DNA of 63,997 nt, filler included, from an uncultured Myxococcia bacterium (GTDB taxonomy: Bacteria; CAZTWC01): the NCBI GenBank assembly GCA_964617105.1. It is 13 parts of 13 records of this genome, joined end to end, with 100 filler letters (N's around TTAATTAATTAA, not from the genome) between each part and the next. Parts side by side here need not be neighbours in the genome. Positions count along the whole stretch, not along the records: positions 20,317 to 25,221 come from CAZTWC010000276.1; positions 25,322 to 30,215 come from CAZTWC010000277.1; 11 more parts are not named here. One strand, 5' to 3'. The position numbers were made by a program, and so were the translations under genes. The notes under the pieces are model-generated. The model worked only from the letters and a program-made list of their open reading frames with translations. It did not search any database and was not told the DNA's origin. Of the stretch, positions 20,317 through 30,315 are shown piece by piece (position 1 is the first letter of the stretch; every line of letters starts with the position of its first letter).

Positions 20317-20877
20317 ACTATTGGAAAATTCATAAACAGCACCATGGTGAGAGGATGGTACTTGAAATCCTGTGGGAAATATCTCCCAGGAGTCAAATTT
20401 TAATGGTAAAAATAATAGCCGTTCAAAATATTTAAAAGTGGTGCTCAACACCAACTCTACCAGTTCAGGGAAAGATACAATATCAGGTAACGCCTTGAAT
20501 TTAATATTGCTATAGGATTCCTCCCCTTTTTTAAACTGCTCCAACTCCCTTTCCAGAGTCTGTTTTTCCAGGGCGCCTATTACCATCAGGGCTTCGCCGA
20601 TTAACATGTGCTCTCTATTTTGAGTTTTCAGTAGGTAATCCACCTGTTCTATGGTCAAAAATCCCAATTTTTCGGCAACTTCACCAAATAAAGCCTCCTC
20701 TTTTCTTTGGATTTCGATAATCTTTGCTAACTGTTCTTCAGTTAATAACCCCTCTTTTAGCGCATATTCACCCAGACGGATATTTTTATCGAAAACAATA
20801 TTGGTGGCACGAGCCAATTCTTTTTTACTGATCAGGTCTTTTCCCAGTAAATATTTGCCGAAAAATCGGGTGTTCAT
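20317..20877 (-). CDS. Hypothetical protein with repeated helical FGxYLL motifs, possibly chemotaxis-associated (3' partial)
   Basis: FFGKYLL, LGEYAL.EGLLT, FGEVAEKLGFLT, IGEALM repeats. Confidence 0.5.
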
Positions 20878-20916
20878 CCCCTGCTCCTAATTTAGTAGTT
20901 TCTGTCCAAATTTTCG

Positions 20917-22566
20917 CTACGAAGCGAATTTTCTGGCAGAAACTATGTAGTTTATTAATCCATTAGTGGAACTGTCATGGTCATTTACCTCTTTGTCTTC
21001 TTTCAGTTGAGGCAAAATCTTTTTAGCCAATTGCTTGCCCAACTCCACCCCCCACTGGTCAAAGGAGTATATCTGCCATATTATCCCCTGGACAAAAATT
21101 TTATGCTCATACATAGAGATAATAGCCCCCAGAGTCCTGGGGTTAAGCGATTTGAACATAATCGAAGTGCTGGGCCGGTTTCCTAAAAATATCTTGTGGG
21201 GAGCCAACCATGCAATCTTTTCTTCCGGCAAACCTGCATCAAGCAACTCTGCCTTTACCTGCTCCTCATCTTTTCCCATCATCAATGCCTGGGGCTGGGC
21301 TAAAAAATTTGCTAAAAGTTTGAGATGGTGGTCGCCAATTTTATTCGAACTATTGGCAGGCGCCAAAAAATCTACTGGTACTAATTTATTCCCCTGGTGC
21401 AGCAGTTGAAAAAAGGCATGCTGACCGTTGGTACCGGCATCTCCCCAAATAATAGGACCGGTGGAATAGGTTACCGGTTGGTTGCTGTGATCGATATATT
21501 TACCGTTGGATTCCATATCCAGTTGCTGCAGATAGGCTGGTAGATGAACCAAATATTGGTCGTATGGGATAACCGCATAGGTCTGGGCTTTATGAAAGTT
21601 ATTATACCAAATTCCCAGAAGAGCCAGGATGACCGGAATATTTTCTTCCAATTTGGCGGTGGTGAAATGAGTATCCATTTCATGCGCCCCGGCCAGCAAC
21701 TCCTCAAATCGTTGAAAACCTATAGAGGTGGCAATAGAAAGGCCTATAGCGGACCAAAGCGAATAGCGTCCTCCGACCCAGTCCCAAAATTCAAACATAT
21801 TTTCCGAAGCAATACCAAAGCGGGTCACCTCCTGGATGTTAGTAGATACCGCCACAAAGTGTTTGGCAATATCCTGTTTCTTCCCGCCCTGGCCAAGAAA
21901 CCATTGCCTGGCAGTATTGGCATTGGTCATGGTTTCCTGGGTGGTAAAAGTTTTTGAGGCGATAATAAACAGAGTGGTTTCCGGATTTAACCGGCGCAAA
22001 GTTTCAGTTATATGAGTGCCGTCAACATTGGAGACAAAATGACTGCTAATTCTTTTGTTACGAAAAAATTTGAGCGCTTCGGTCACCATTTTAGGTCCTA
22101 AATCAGAGCCGCCGATACCGATATTGACAACATCGGTTATCTCTCTGCCTGTGTAACCGCGCCAGTTTCCATTTTGTACCGATTCGGTAAAAAATCTCAT
22201 GTGACCCAGCACCTTTTTCACCACAGGCATTACATCTTGTCCCTCCACCATAACCGGAGTATTGGACCTATTTCGCAAGGCGGTATGTAAAACTGCTCTG
22301 TTCTCCGTACGATTTATCGGTTTACCGGCCAGCATATCATCGGTCCAGGTGCCCAAATCCTGCTGACAAGCCAAGTCCAGTAACAGGGCTATGGTTTCTT
22401 CATCGACCAGGTTTTTAGAAAAATCCACCAACAGGCCGGCAGCCTCCAGGGAAAATTTCTGGAACCGGTTCCCATCCCGGTCAAACAGTTCTTGCAGTTG
22501 TATATTTTTATTTTTCTGGTAATGCTCTTTCAGTTTCTGCCAGGCGGCAGATTCATCCAATCTCAT
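20917..22566 (-). CDS. pgi: Glucose-6-phosphate isomerase
   Basis: [53 protein letters not shown]. Confidence 0.98.
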   Translation of the reverse strand: MRLDESAAWQKLKEHYQKNKNIQLQELFDRDGNRFQKFSLEAAGLLVDFSKNLVDEETIALLLDLACQQDLGTWTDDMLAGKPINRTENRAVLHTALRNRSNTPVMVEGQDVMPVVKKVLGHMRFFTESVQNGNWRGYTGREITDVVNIGIGGSDLGPKMVTEALKFFRNKRISSHFVSNVDGTHITETLRRLNPETTLFIIASKTFTTQETMTNANTARQWFLGQGGKKQDIAKHFVAVSTNIQEVTRFGIASENMFEFWDWVGGRYSLWSAIGLSIATSIGFQRFEELLAGAHEMDTHFTTAKLEENIPVILALLGIWYNNFHKAQTYAVIPYDQYLVHLPAYLQQLDMESNGKYIDHSNQPVTYSTGPIIWGDAGTNGQHAFFQLLHQGNKLVPVDFLAPANSSNKIGDHHLKLLANFLAQPQALMMGKDEEQVKAELLDAGLPEEKIAWLAPHKIFLGNRPSTSIMFKSLNPRTLGAIISMYEHKIFVQGIIWQIYSFDQWGVELGKQLAKKILPQLKEDKEVNDHDSSTNGLINYIVSARKFAS

Positions 22567-22650
22567 TGATATCTCCCAAAAAACTTACAATTAGATTGCT
22601 GGTAATATTTTTCGCCACTATTTTCGAAACTACTTGCTCTGTCGTTTCTC

Positions 22651-23862
22651 TTATTTATCCATAGAATTAACAATAACATGAGAACTCAAAAGATTAAAGG
22701 CGTGTAAACTGAACTTATTTTTCTCCACCGCTATTTTGGTCAACCAATTCATTTGAGCATAGTTGGCTGCCACCCGAAAATTTATATATGTCCCCTTACT
22801 TCCCTTTTGGTGTAGCCAAAGCCAGTTTCCATCTTTTATATCCCCATCGATAGCAGTCATCAACAGCCCCATTGGTTTATCCATCACTTTAATCCTGGCT
22901 ACCACATCAGTATCTATCAAGGGCAAATTCCACTCCATATCCCATATATTAATGGCTTTCATTTTAATTTTTCCTAACAATTTCACCTTTTTTTTAAACC
23001 ACAGGGGATTGGTGACAATTTGGTGCCACTTCTTCACAGAGATCTCTTTGTTTATGGCCGTGGTAACTTGTTTAAAACTCATGTCATCATTGTATTCCAA
23101 TAAACTAACCGGACCCATCTCTAAAAGCCAATCTGGAACCTCTAAAATATCGGTGGTAACTGGAGTCAAATTAGTTTTAAAGGTGGGGTTTAGCGCTTTC
23201 AAGCCCTTTATTAGAGTTTTAAGGCCCGCATTCACATAAAAATTTGTCAGTATATTTAACCCCGGTTCAATGGTGGGATCAAAACCTACAAACAACTTCA
23301 TCAGGATGGAGCCGCTAGCAAGATCCATATAGCGTTGCTGAACCATGATACAGTTATTTTTGGGAGTGGGAATAAACTGAAAGATCTCGGTACCCACCTT
23401 AACATCGCCAGATCGATATCGGACTTCTATTTTTTTTCCCTTCTTACTGGAGTTTAGTTTCATAATTTTTACCCCCTCCATACTCCCTAAAATCAGGCTA
23501 ACGTTCCATTTGAAAAGTTTGTATCCTTTTCCCTCCTTCATTACTTTTTGGTATTCCAGATTGTCAAGAAAACGGGGGTGAGAAGCCACATCTGCTATAA
23601 TATTATAAACTTTTTTACAAGAAGCCGGGAGCAAAGAGAAAGAAATCGCCTGTTTAAAAATGTTATCCTCTCCCTTTTGAACCTGGAAGAGATCACCTTT
23701 TTTAAGCAGAAAAAGAAACCTGGGATCCTTCATCTTTTCTTGAAAAGATGAAATTGACTCCAACGGTACCTGCCGCCAATTTTTAGCGGTAACTGTAGGC
23801 AGAAGAGATAGCGAGGCAACCAGAAATACTATAGGGATGAAGATATATCGTAAAATAAGCAT
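22651..23862 (-). CDS. Secreted protein with two SRPBCC/START-like domains
   Basis: Signal peptide; VYNIIADVASHPRF and repeated GDVK/GDIK..W segments. Confidence 0.55.
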   Translation of the reverse strand: MLILRYIFIPIVFLVASLSLLPTVTAKNWRQVPLESISSFQEKMKDPRFLFLLKKGDLFQVQKGEDNIFKQAISFSLLPASCKKVYNIIADVASHPRFLDNLEYQKVMKEGKGYKLFKWNVSLILGSMEGVKIMKLNSSKKGKKIEVRYRSGDVKVGTEIFQFIPTPKNNCIMVQQRYMDLASGSILMKLFVGFDPTIEPGLNILTNFYVNAGLKTLIKGLKALNPTFKTNLTPVTTDILEVPDWLLEMGPVSLLEYNDDMSFKQVTTAINKEISVKKWHQIVTNPLWFKKKVKLLGKIKMKAINIWDMEWNLPLIDTDVVARIKVMDKPMGLLMTAIDGDIKDGNWLWLHQKGSKGTYINFRVAANYAQMNWLTKIAVEKNKFSLHAFNLLSSHVIVNSMDK

Positions 23863-24011
23863 AGCAAACTATATCAAAATCGGATCATAACATCAATTAA
23901 TCTTTGTCAACCCTTGACTTACAATCCTTAATTATTATATTATTCGCGAAAAAGTGGATCTCCATACGGGAACATCTATAAACAGGTTAAATTTTACCGG
24001 GAGGATAAAAG

Positions 24012-24383
24012 ATGCCTATCTACGAATATTTGTGTGATGGATGCGGCTATGAGTTTGAGGTTATGCAAAAAATAAGTGACAAGCCCATCGCTCAATGCTC
24101 TCAGTGCGGATCCCACCATGTCCATAAACTAATTTCTCAAACCTCTTTTAAACTAAAGGGAAGCGGCTGGTATGTAACCGATTATGCTAAGAAAAACACT
24201 TGCCCACCGGGAGACAAAAACACCTCCACAGCCAGTAAAACCGATAAAAAAGATAACCAAACCCAAAAAAGTGACAGCACAAAAAGCGAAAGTAAAAAAA
24301 GCGAAAGTAAAAAAAGCGAAAGCAAAACACCAAGAAAAAATAAACCAAGACCCGCTAAATACCCATTTCACGAATTTTCGTAG
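24012..24383 (+). CDS. FmdB family zinc-ribbon regulatory protein
   Basis: [30 protein letters not shown]. Confidence 0.9.
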   Translation: MPIYEYLCDGCGYEFEVMQKISDKPIAQCSQCGSHHVHKLISQTSFKLKGSGWYVTDYAKKNTCPPGDKNTSTASKTDKKDNQTQKSDSTKSESKKSESKKSESKTPRKNKPRPAKYPFHEFS

Positions 24384-25221
24384 TCTTCTCCCCGGGGGCG
24401 GTAAGGATTTAACGAGTCAAACTGCTCCAACAATTGCTTTGACTCCTGATCAACCGATGGCGGCACTATTATTTTTATCAAACAGTATTGATCTCCAGTT
24501 TCACTCTTATCTTTAACCCCCTTACCACGCAAACGCAACTTGTTGCCACTCTGGCTGCCGGCCGGAATTTTTATCGTGGCTTTGCCGCTCATTGTAGGGA
24601 CCACGGCCTTACCGCCCAAAATAGCCTCACTCACTGATATGGGTAAATCAATAAATATATCTTTTCCCTGGCGAGAAAAATAGGGATGTGTGGTAATCTT
24701 CATGGTTAGGATTAAATCTCCAGTTGGTCCATTGTAAAGACCTCGCCCCCCTTTTCCCGCTAATCTCACTTTGGTGCCTTCATCTATGCCGGCCGGAATT
24801 TTAACCGTTAATTTCTCGGTTTTATTAAAAACTCCTTTCCCAGAACATTCGCCACATATTTGGCTTTTCTGGTTGAGTCCCTGTCCTCCACAAGTGGCGC
24901 AGGTTGTCTCTTTCAGGTAGGAAAATTTTTTACTGGTCCCATTGACCGCCTCTTTAAAGTCCACTTCCATCGTATAGTGGTAATCTTTTCCCTTTTGGCT
25001 TTGAGCTTTAGGCCGCGAGTGGGTCCGAGAAGCCCCGTTGATATTAAAAATATCATCAAACATGGAGGAGAAACCGCCACCCCCTTTATTTCTTCTGGCG
25101 CTCTTCCGGGATGAACCGCCGAATAGATCGCTTAAGTCACTGAAATCGAAATTGATATTGTTGAATCCTGAACCGTGTTGCTGACCAAACTGGGAGGAAG
25201 ATTTGACATAATCGTTAAAAT
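24368..25221 (-). CDS. DnaJ/CbpA-class co-chaperone (5' partial)
   Basis: G/F-rich region, CATCGG/CGECSG, VKIPAGI, LRLRGKG. Confidence 0.88.
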
Positions 25222-25321
25222 NNNNNNNNNNNNNNNNNNNNNNNNNNNNNNNNNNNNNNNNNNNNTTAATTAATTAANNNNNNNNNNNNNNNNNNNNNNN
25301 NNNNNNNNNNNNNNNNNNNNN

Positions 25322-25587
25322 AATCCCGAAAACTTAAAGATGTTATCAATCTCTTCACTACGGCTGAAATCAGTTGCCTGGATCACATATGGATCAATAC
25401 AGGCGGCATCGTACAACAAATCGCCAAAAGTGAGTACACCAAGTGCTACAGTATCCCTGGCAGCATTTTTATCTTTACCAAAAAGTGCCAGTTCCAGCGG
25501 ATCTCGCTTTTCCGGTTGAACTGGCGTGTTAAAAGACTTTTTTATGCCTCGCTGCTTTATTGTTTTCTTTAACTGATCCCAGTTCAT
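25322..25587 (-). CDS. Hypothetical protein (3' partial), coupled to the RNase H gene
   Basis: ATG overlaps the RNase H TGA (ATGA); open to the contig end. Confidence 0.65.
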
Positions 25588-26135
25588 ATTAACCTCTTGG
25601 TAAATAATGGCGAGCCTTCAGCAATTATACTCTTTCTGTGTTTCAGTGTGAAACAGGGCATATTTAACTTGGATAAACATTGCATACAGCGACGCGCTTC
25701 CTTATCAACCAACTCATTCCACTTTACTCCACTATGGGCTCTAATATGTTTAAAAGATATTGGCACAGTGCTGCTATCTACAATCTGTTTAAGACGAATC
25801 CACTCTTCTTTGTCTTTTACTGGCTTACCGGCAGAGGTTTTCCACTCATTCTGCCTCCACCTGGAAAACCACTCGTTAATACCCTTTACACAATACTCAC
25901 TATCAGACCAAACGGTAATACAATCTACTAGCGAATCTCGAGTTATTTGAAGTGACTCGGTTAATCCTTCAATAATGGCTCGCATCTCCATAGGATTATT
26001 TGAGGTATCCCAATTGTTACCCGAAAGCATCAACCCTTTTCGACTGAACTCTTGTAGAATTAAGGCAGCCCACCCCCCTGGTCTTTTAGGATGGCAGTTC
26101 CAGCCGCTACCATCGGTGTATAGTTTTATTTCCAT
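25584..26135 (-). CDS. Ribonuclease HI-family protein
   Basis: YTDGS, NNPMEMRA, WSDSEY, KPVK, AHSG..WNELVD; SD GAGGAG before ATG 26135. Confidence 0.92.
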   Translation of the reverse strand: MEIKLYTDGSGWNCHPKRPGGWAALILQEFSRKGLMLSGNNWDTSNNPMEMRAIIEGLTESLQITRDSLVDCITVWSDSEYCVKGINEWFSRWRQNEWKTSAGKPVKDKEEWIRLKQIVDSSTVPISFKHIRAHSGVKWNELVDKEARRCMQCLSKLNMPCFTLKHRKSIIAEGSPLFTKRLI

Positions 26136-26139
26136 ATAT

Positions 26140-27366
26140 TTAAACTCCTCTAAGGGCACTATAAAGCTGCAAATACTCTTGGGTTTTTGGGTACTTTTGC
26201 GGACTAAACCCCTGCTGGATATAATTCACAGTTGAGATGAACCCGGGACGGAAATATTGCCATATGTTTCGCCAACTACTTTGGCTCATCTCAACACTAT
26301 TAATATGACTTGACGTCCAGGCATTTTCTTTTTTTAAAAAAGATGGTAGTTCTCTAAAAATGTAGAGCATCGGTTCAGCACAGGTTTTCTTTGCGGCTAT
26401 GGCATGGAGGGCCAGTATAGTTGTAACGGTTATGGAAAAAAGTTCCATCATCTGTTTCTTGAATCCCTGGGAAACAAGTGCACCGCTGCCAAAAATGGCC
26501 GCAAAAATAAACAAGGGATCGGCTATAACAGCCAATATACATACCAAAGTTTTACCACTCACCAGGGGGATGATGGCTGACGCCTGGGCGGCAAGTATAT
26601 AGGCTGAAAACCCTGCCAATTCAACACTAACTCCCAGTCCGGTCAGAACTCCACCTCCCGTTAGCAAGAGCCACATATTATTTTGATTTAGTTTCTTGAT
26701 TCCAAAACCATCTAATATGGCCTGCCGACTTTTTGGGTCTAGTTGATTTATCTTTTTTCTAATATTATCTAGTATATTTTCCCGCTGCTCTGGAGATAAA
26801 TCACCATTTCTAGATACCCTGTCCAAAACTCTATAAGCCATTTCAGTCACCATAGTGTGAAAGTTAATCTCGGGTATTTTGTCGTCGGCAAAAGGGTTAA
26901 GACGCCGATTGGCATGTTTTCGCCAATACTCTCCAGATAAGAGACTGGTCTTTTGCATTTTTTCATCATCCATCATTTTGGAAAATATTTTACAGGCCCG
27001 TGAACCAATATCCGCAGTGATATGGTTTATTCCACGCTGGGCAAAGGTAATTGCCGGCGGCAAGCCCAACCCTTCCCTTAGATTCATCCAAAGCCGTAAC
27101 CGCATTTCTTCTGTGGTTTCACTGCTGTAATATATTTTTTGACCAGTTTTGGCCAACCGCTGTTCAAAGTGTTTTCTCACTTTTTCCTGGTTAATGGAAT
27201 CCTTGTTCTTACTAGATTCCATTCTATTTTGCTTCCGCCAATCCTGCGCACTGTCAGACAATATTTTCAGTGGGTTTGACTCCTGGTAAAAGGCTAACAA
27301 ATTGGCCAAATTTTGCCTCCCAATGGAACTCAGCCCTATCAGAATATGTTCCGGTGTTATTATCAT
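26140..27366 (-). CDS. Hypothetical membrane protein with Gly/Ala-rich hydrophobic hairpin, loosely YaaW-like
   Basis: 408 aa; soluble helical N-terminus then GGGVLTGLGVSVELAGFSAYILAAQAS...ADPLFIFAAIFGSG. Confidence 0.65.
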   Translation of the reverse strand: MIITPEHILIGLSSIGRQNLANLLAFYQESNPLKILSDSAQDWRKQNRMESSKNKDSINQEKVRKHFEQRLAKTGQKIYYSSETTEEMRLRLWMNLREGLGLPPAITFAQRGINHITADIGSRACKIFSKMMDDEKMQKTSLLSGEYWRKHANRRLNPFADDKIPEINFHTMVTEMAYRVLDRVSRNGDLSPEQRENILDNIRKKINQLDPKSRQAILDGFGIKKLNQNNMWLLLTGGGVLTGLGVSVELAGFSAYILAAQASAIIPLVSGKTLVCILAVIADPLFIFAAIFGSGALVSQGFKKQMMELFSITVTTILALHAIAAKKTCAEPMLYIFRELPSFLKKENAWTSSHINSVEMSQSSWRNIWQYFRPGFISTVNYIQQGFSPQKYPKTQEYLQLYSALRGV

Positions 27367-27369
27367 TTT

Positions 27370-27669
27370 TCAATCTCCTCCAAATATCCCATTAATAAGA
27401 AGGGAAACTGCCCCGGCCAGCAAACCCGCCCAAAAACATTCTCTTAAGACGGCTTCTCTATTAATAATTGCCTGGGAACAATATTGTTTTTCCCGAAATC
27501 GGTTACTGTCATCCTTCTGGTCATAGTAACTTTTACGGACAGAAGCAACCGGTAAATATCTTTTTCCAGCGAGTTCTTTTTGTGATGCCATAGGCCGGCC
27601 GCAGTTCATGCAAAAAGGGGCAAGATCACTTATTTGTTTTCGACAGTCCCAACAAGTTATTAAAGCCAT
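27370..27669 (-). CDS. Zinc-ribbon protein with C-terminal TM helix
   Basis: MALITCWDCRKQISDLAPFCMNCG; hydrophobic C-terminus; SD GGAG. Confidence 0.8.
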   Translation of the reverse strand: MALITCWDCRKQISDLAPFCMNCGRPMASQKELAGKRYLPVASVRKSYYDQKDDSNRFREKQYCSQAIINREAVLRECFWAGLLAGAVSLLINGIFGGD

Positions 27670-27972
27670 TTTATCTCCCTATTGTTGTTTACTGGTCTTT
27701 TTTAAAACCAAGAGGACAATCAAATACTCGTCCCCTATCCAATAAGGATGGAATAAAGAAAAAACTGTTACATAATTTTTTGAACGTATTTCAACTTCAT
27801 CGACTTTTTCCATATGTAATTTATTGTTCAAGTTAAATAAAACAAATACGGTTCCAGTATATGACGGAAGGAAATATCTTAAAATTGTTACACTTTTTAC
27901 TTCCGACAAGAAAGGTAGCCTTGAAAAGCCTAGTTTCAACTTTTCAAATTTAAAATTATTTGACTTTAGTTG

Positions 27973-28353
27973 CTATTGAAAAGTCAAAACCGCCACCGCA
28001 CTAACCACTACCCCACCAACAAAACCCAGCCAGCGACTGAACTTCGCTGTTTGCCACCAGGGTGGATTTTCCTTATGGCTGATACGGCTCTCGGCAGCTC
28101 TCAGTTTCGTTTTACAAACTTTCATTTCCCGCTCCCGTATCAGTTTTTCTAAATCGAGTTTCTCCTGTATGGTCTTGCCCTCCATCTTCAAATTGAGGTA
28201 TTCCTTGACTTTTACCTCTGACAGGATAACTCCATCACAGGTAGCAGTATCCCCTTGAAAAATAGGTGTGGCCTTTGGACAGTCATTGGCGAGGACTAGC
28301 AAAGATGAAAACAAGATTGAAATAAACAATACAACTGAAATCAAGAGTCTCAT
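27973..28353 (-). CDS. Phage lysis-region protein: signal peptide, coiled coil and C-terminal TM (spanin-like)
   Basis: Signal peptide ending VLA-NDC; K/E-rich coil; WLGFVGGVVVSAVAVL. Confidence 0.55.
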   Translation of the reverse strand: MRLLISVVLFISILFSSLLVLANDCPKATPIFQGDTATCDGVILSEVKVKEYLNLKMEGKTIQEKLDLEKLIREREMKVCKTKLRAAESRISHKENPPWWQTAKFSRWLGFVGGVVVSAVAVLTFQ

Positions 28354-28545
28354 CAGTTAACTCCCCTATTAAATCATTGGTTCCCTTTTTCTATTTATAA
28401 ATTTTCCACCTATAGAGTTCACCTGTCACCGGTCTAGCCTCTGTCTGTCACCAGCCTGGCCAGGTGAAGATAAAACTCCAGGTGGTCAAACATCTGGTCA
28501 TCTATTCCGCTGTAAAAGCCAAGTCCCTTAACAGAATCTCTCGGA

Positions 28546-28968
28546 TCATTCATCACTGGACCTGTTACTGGTTCCATCGGTGTCGTTAACCATGTCAGCC
28601 AACTCGTCAAGTCGTTGCCGTTTGTCTGGCAAGGATGCTTTCTTGTTTATTCTTTGCCTATACTCCTCTGCTTCCTGCTCTATCTGTTCAATAATTTCTC
28701 TGGATTCATCTCTGATTTCATCGACCTGTTTGTCAAAATTATCCTGGCGGGACGACGATGATGGCGAATCTCCAGCAGATATTGATTCTGATAACCCTTT
28801 AGTAGTATCTACAATCGATTTTGCTGTCGACATAGACTCCCTTGACTGCTTCAAGTGGGTCAAGAACTTCAGAATACCTGTTGCACAACCGATAGTTCCG
28901 GTTAAAAGCCATATCAGCCAACCAACTACTCGCCAAAATGGACTGGTTATTTTCTCTAGCCACTGCAT
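28546..28968 (-). CDS. N-terminal TM plus coiled-coil protein (i-spanin-like)
   Basis: TM WRVVGWLIWLLTG, long charged coil; overlaps the amidase end. Confidence 0.5.
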   Translation of the reverse strand: MQWLEKITSPFWRVVGWLIWLLTGTIGCATGILKFLTHLKQSRESMSTAKSIVDTTKGLSESISAGDSPSSSSRQDNFDKQVDEIRDESREIIEQIEQEAEEYRQRINKKASLPDKRQRLDELADMVNDTDGTSNRSSDE

Positions 28969-29588
28969 TGAAGCACCCCCTCCCGGTAGTTGATCAACAA
29001 ATTTCTAAATCGCTCCCATTCCCAGGCAGGCCCCGGGTCTATCTTGCGCCCCGGAGCAACATTGGAGTGGCCAAAAATGCGGTCAATATTGATATCAGGA
29101 AATTTGTCAATCAGCATGGAACAGAGTGCCGCCACAGTCTCGTATTGAAAATCAGAATAAGGCTCCCAGTATTTATCGTTGATATACACTGGTTCTGGAT
29201 ATTTCTTGTGATACTTACTGCCTGCCCAATTAAGAAAACGGTTGCCTTTTTTGGTCAGTGGTCCCCAGTTGCAAATCTCGATTCCCACTGCGACAGTGTT
29301 CAGCCACTTCTGCCCCTGCCACTCACTTTTACCAGCATGCCAGGCCCGATCAGCACATGAGACCATTTGGACAATGCCAGAGGGGAATTTGTCGTTTGTT
29401 TTTCGGTCCACAATAAAGTGAGATGAAACTTTAGGACTCTTGGGACTGGCCAGATAGTTGACAGTCCCAGCCATGGAGCCCCCAGCCGTGTAGTGGAGGA
29501 TAATCATTGAAATTGGTTTTTTCCGCCCCTTACCATAATGAGTTGCCTCAATAAATGGTATTTCACCAAAACTCTGGATTGTCATCAC
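28956..29588 (-). CDS. N-acetylmuramoyl-L-alanine amidase (Amidase_2), probable endolysin
   Basis: IILHYTAG, SSHFIV, AWHAG, GIEI, GHSNVAPGRKIDPG; no signal peptide. Confidence 0.9.
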   Translation of the reverse strand: MMTIQSFGEIPFIEATHYGKGRKKPISMIILHYTAGGSMAGTVNYLASPKSPKVSSHFIVDRKTNDKFPSGIVQMVSCADRAWHAGKSEWQGQKWLNTVAVGIEICNWGPLTKKGNRFLNWAGSKYHKKYPEPVYINDKYWEPYSDFQYETVAALCSMLIDKFPDINIDRIFGHSNVAPGRKIDPGPAWEWERFRNLLINYREGVLQCSG

Positions 29589-30070
29589 ACTAACCTCCCC
29601 TCATCTCTTAGTTGATATAACTCTTTTTGAGTCTCCTTGAACCAGTGATTGGCCATTGTTTTGCTCATCATAAAACCATATTTCCACGAGGATAAAAGGT
29701 TGGTCAGCCACTCTTGATATCTGTATGACAAATAGCCAACCTCCTTTATCCGCCAGGCCATGGATATACGATAGGCCTCGAGTTCGAATTTTAGCCTGAA
29801 TGGGCAGAAAATAACCGGTAATATCAGTAAGTAGAGAACTAGAAACAACCAGGTTCCATATTTTTCCTGTTGAGAGATGTGTATCGCTTCATGGAAGAGC
29901 AATCCGTTAGGTTTTTTATCTCCGGCAACATAGTTGTCCCAGGCATATTTGGTCATATAAATCGTTCCGAACACTGTTACGGTCATGCCCCAAAGAGATG
30001 CCAATTTCGAGTATTTGACCTTGATCTTTTCTGGATCGAACTGGAACATGCTTTTATTTTCAGTTTCCAT
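29585..30070 (-). CDS. Small HExxH metallopeptidase-like membrane protein
   Basis: LLFHEAIHISQ, hydrophobic helix, FELEAY. Confidence 0.65.
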   Translation of the reverse strand: METENKSMFQFDPEKIKVKYSKLASLWGMTVTVFGTIYMTKYAWDNYVAGDKKPNGLLFHEAIHISQQEKYGTWLFLVLYLLILPVIFCPFRLKFELEAYRISMAWRIKEVGYLSYRYQEWLTNLLSSWKYGFMMSKTMANHWFKETQKELYQLRDEGRLV

Positions 30071-30315
30071 TACTCATCCTCCTTTCCCACTCTTTCCCAG
30101 TCTTTCTTTCTCATTCCCTCTATTTCCTAATTTTTAAACCTCTCCTATCACCACTACTTCAAGAGTGTATTACTGATAATCCCCATGGCGGTAATGGCTG
30201 CGGCAGCTAACAGTTNNNNNNNNNNNNNNNNNNNNNNNNNNNNNNNNNNNNNNNNNNNNTTAATTAATTAANNNNNNNNNNNNNNNNNNNNNNNNNNNNN
30301 NNNNNNNNNNNNNNN

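Larger units (their letters stand above)
27973..30215 (-). mobile_element. Prophage lysis-module fragment
   Basis: Amidase flanked by small membrane and coiled-coil genes; partial hydrophobic ORF LLAAAAITAMGIISNTLLK* at 30154-30213. Confidence 0.6.

Noticed and set aside
24281-24327. 15-bp tandem repeat (three copies) and overlapping Lys-rich ORF 24184-24516
   Set aside because: Ordinary low-complexity KSESK tail of the FmdB protein; the alternative ORF is a shadow.
25584-26135. Retron or retroelement interpretation of the RNase H gene
   Set aside because: No reverse transcriptase motif or msr-msd-like structure is visible on this contig; it cannot be excluded beyond the contig end.
27679-27939. 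86-aa ORF between the lysis genes and the RNase H operon
   Set aside because: TTG start, no SD, AT-rich sequence; more likely a promoter region.
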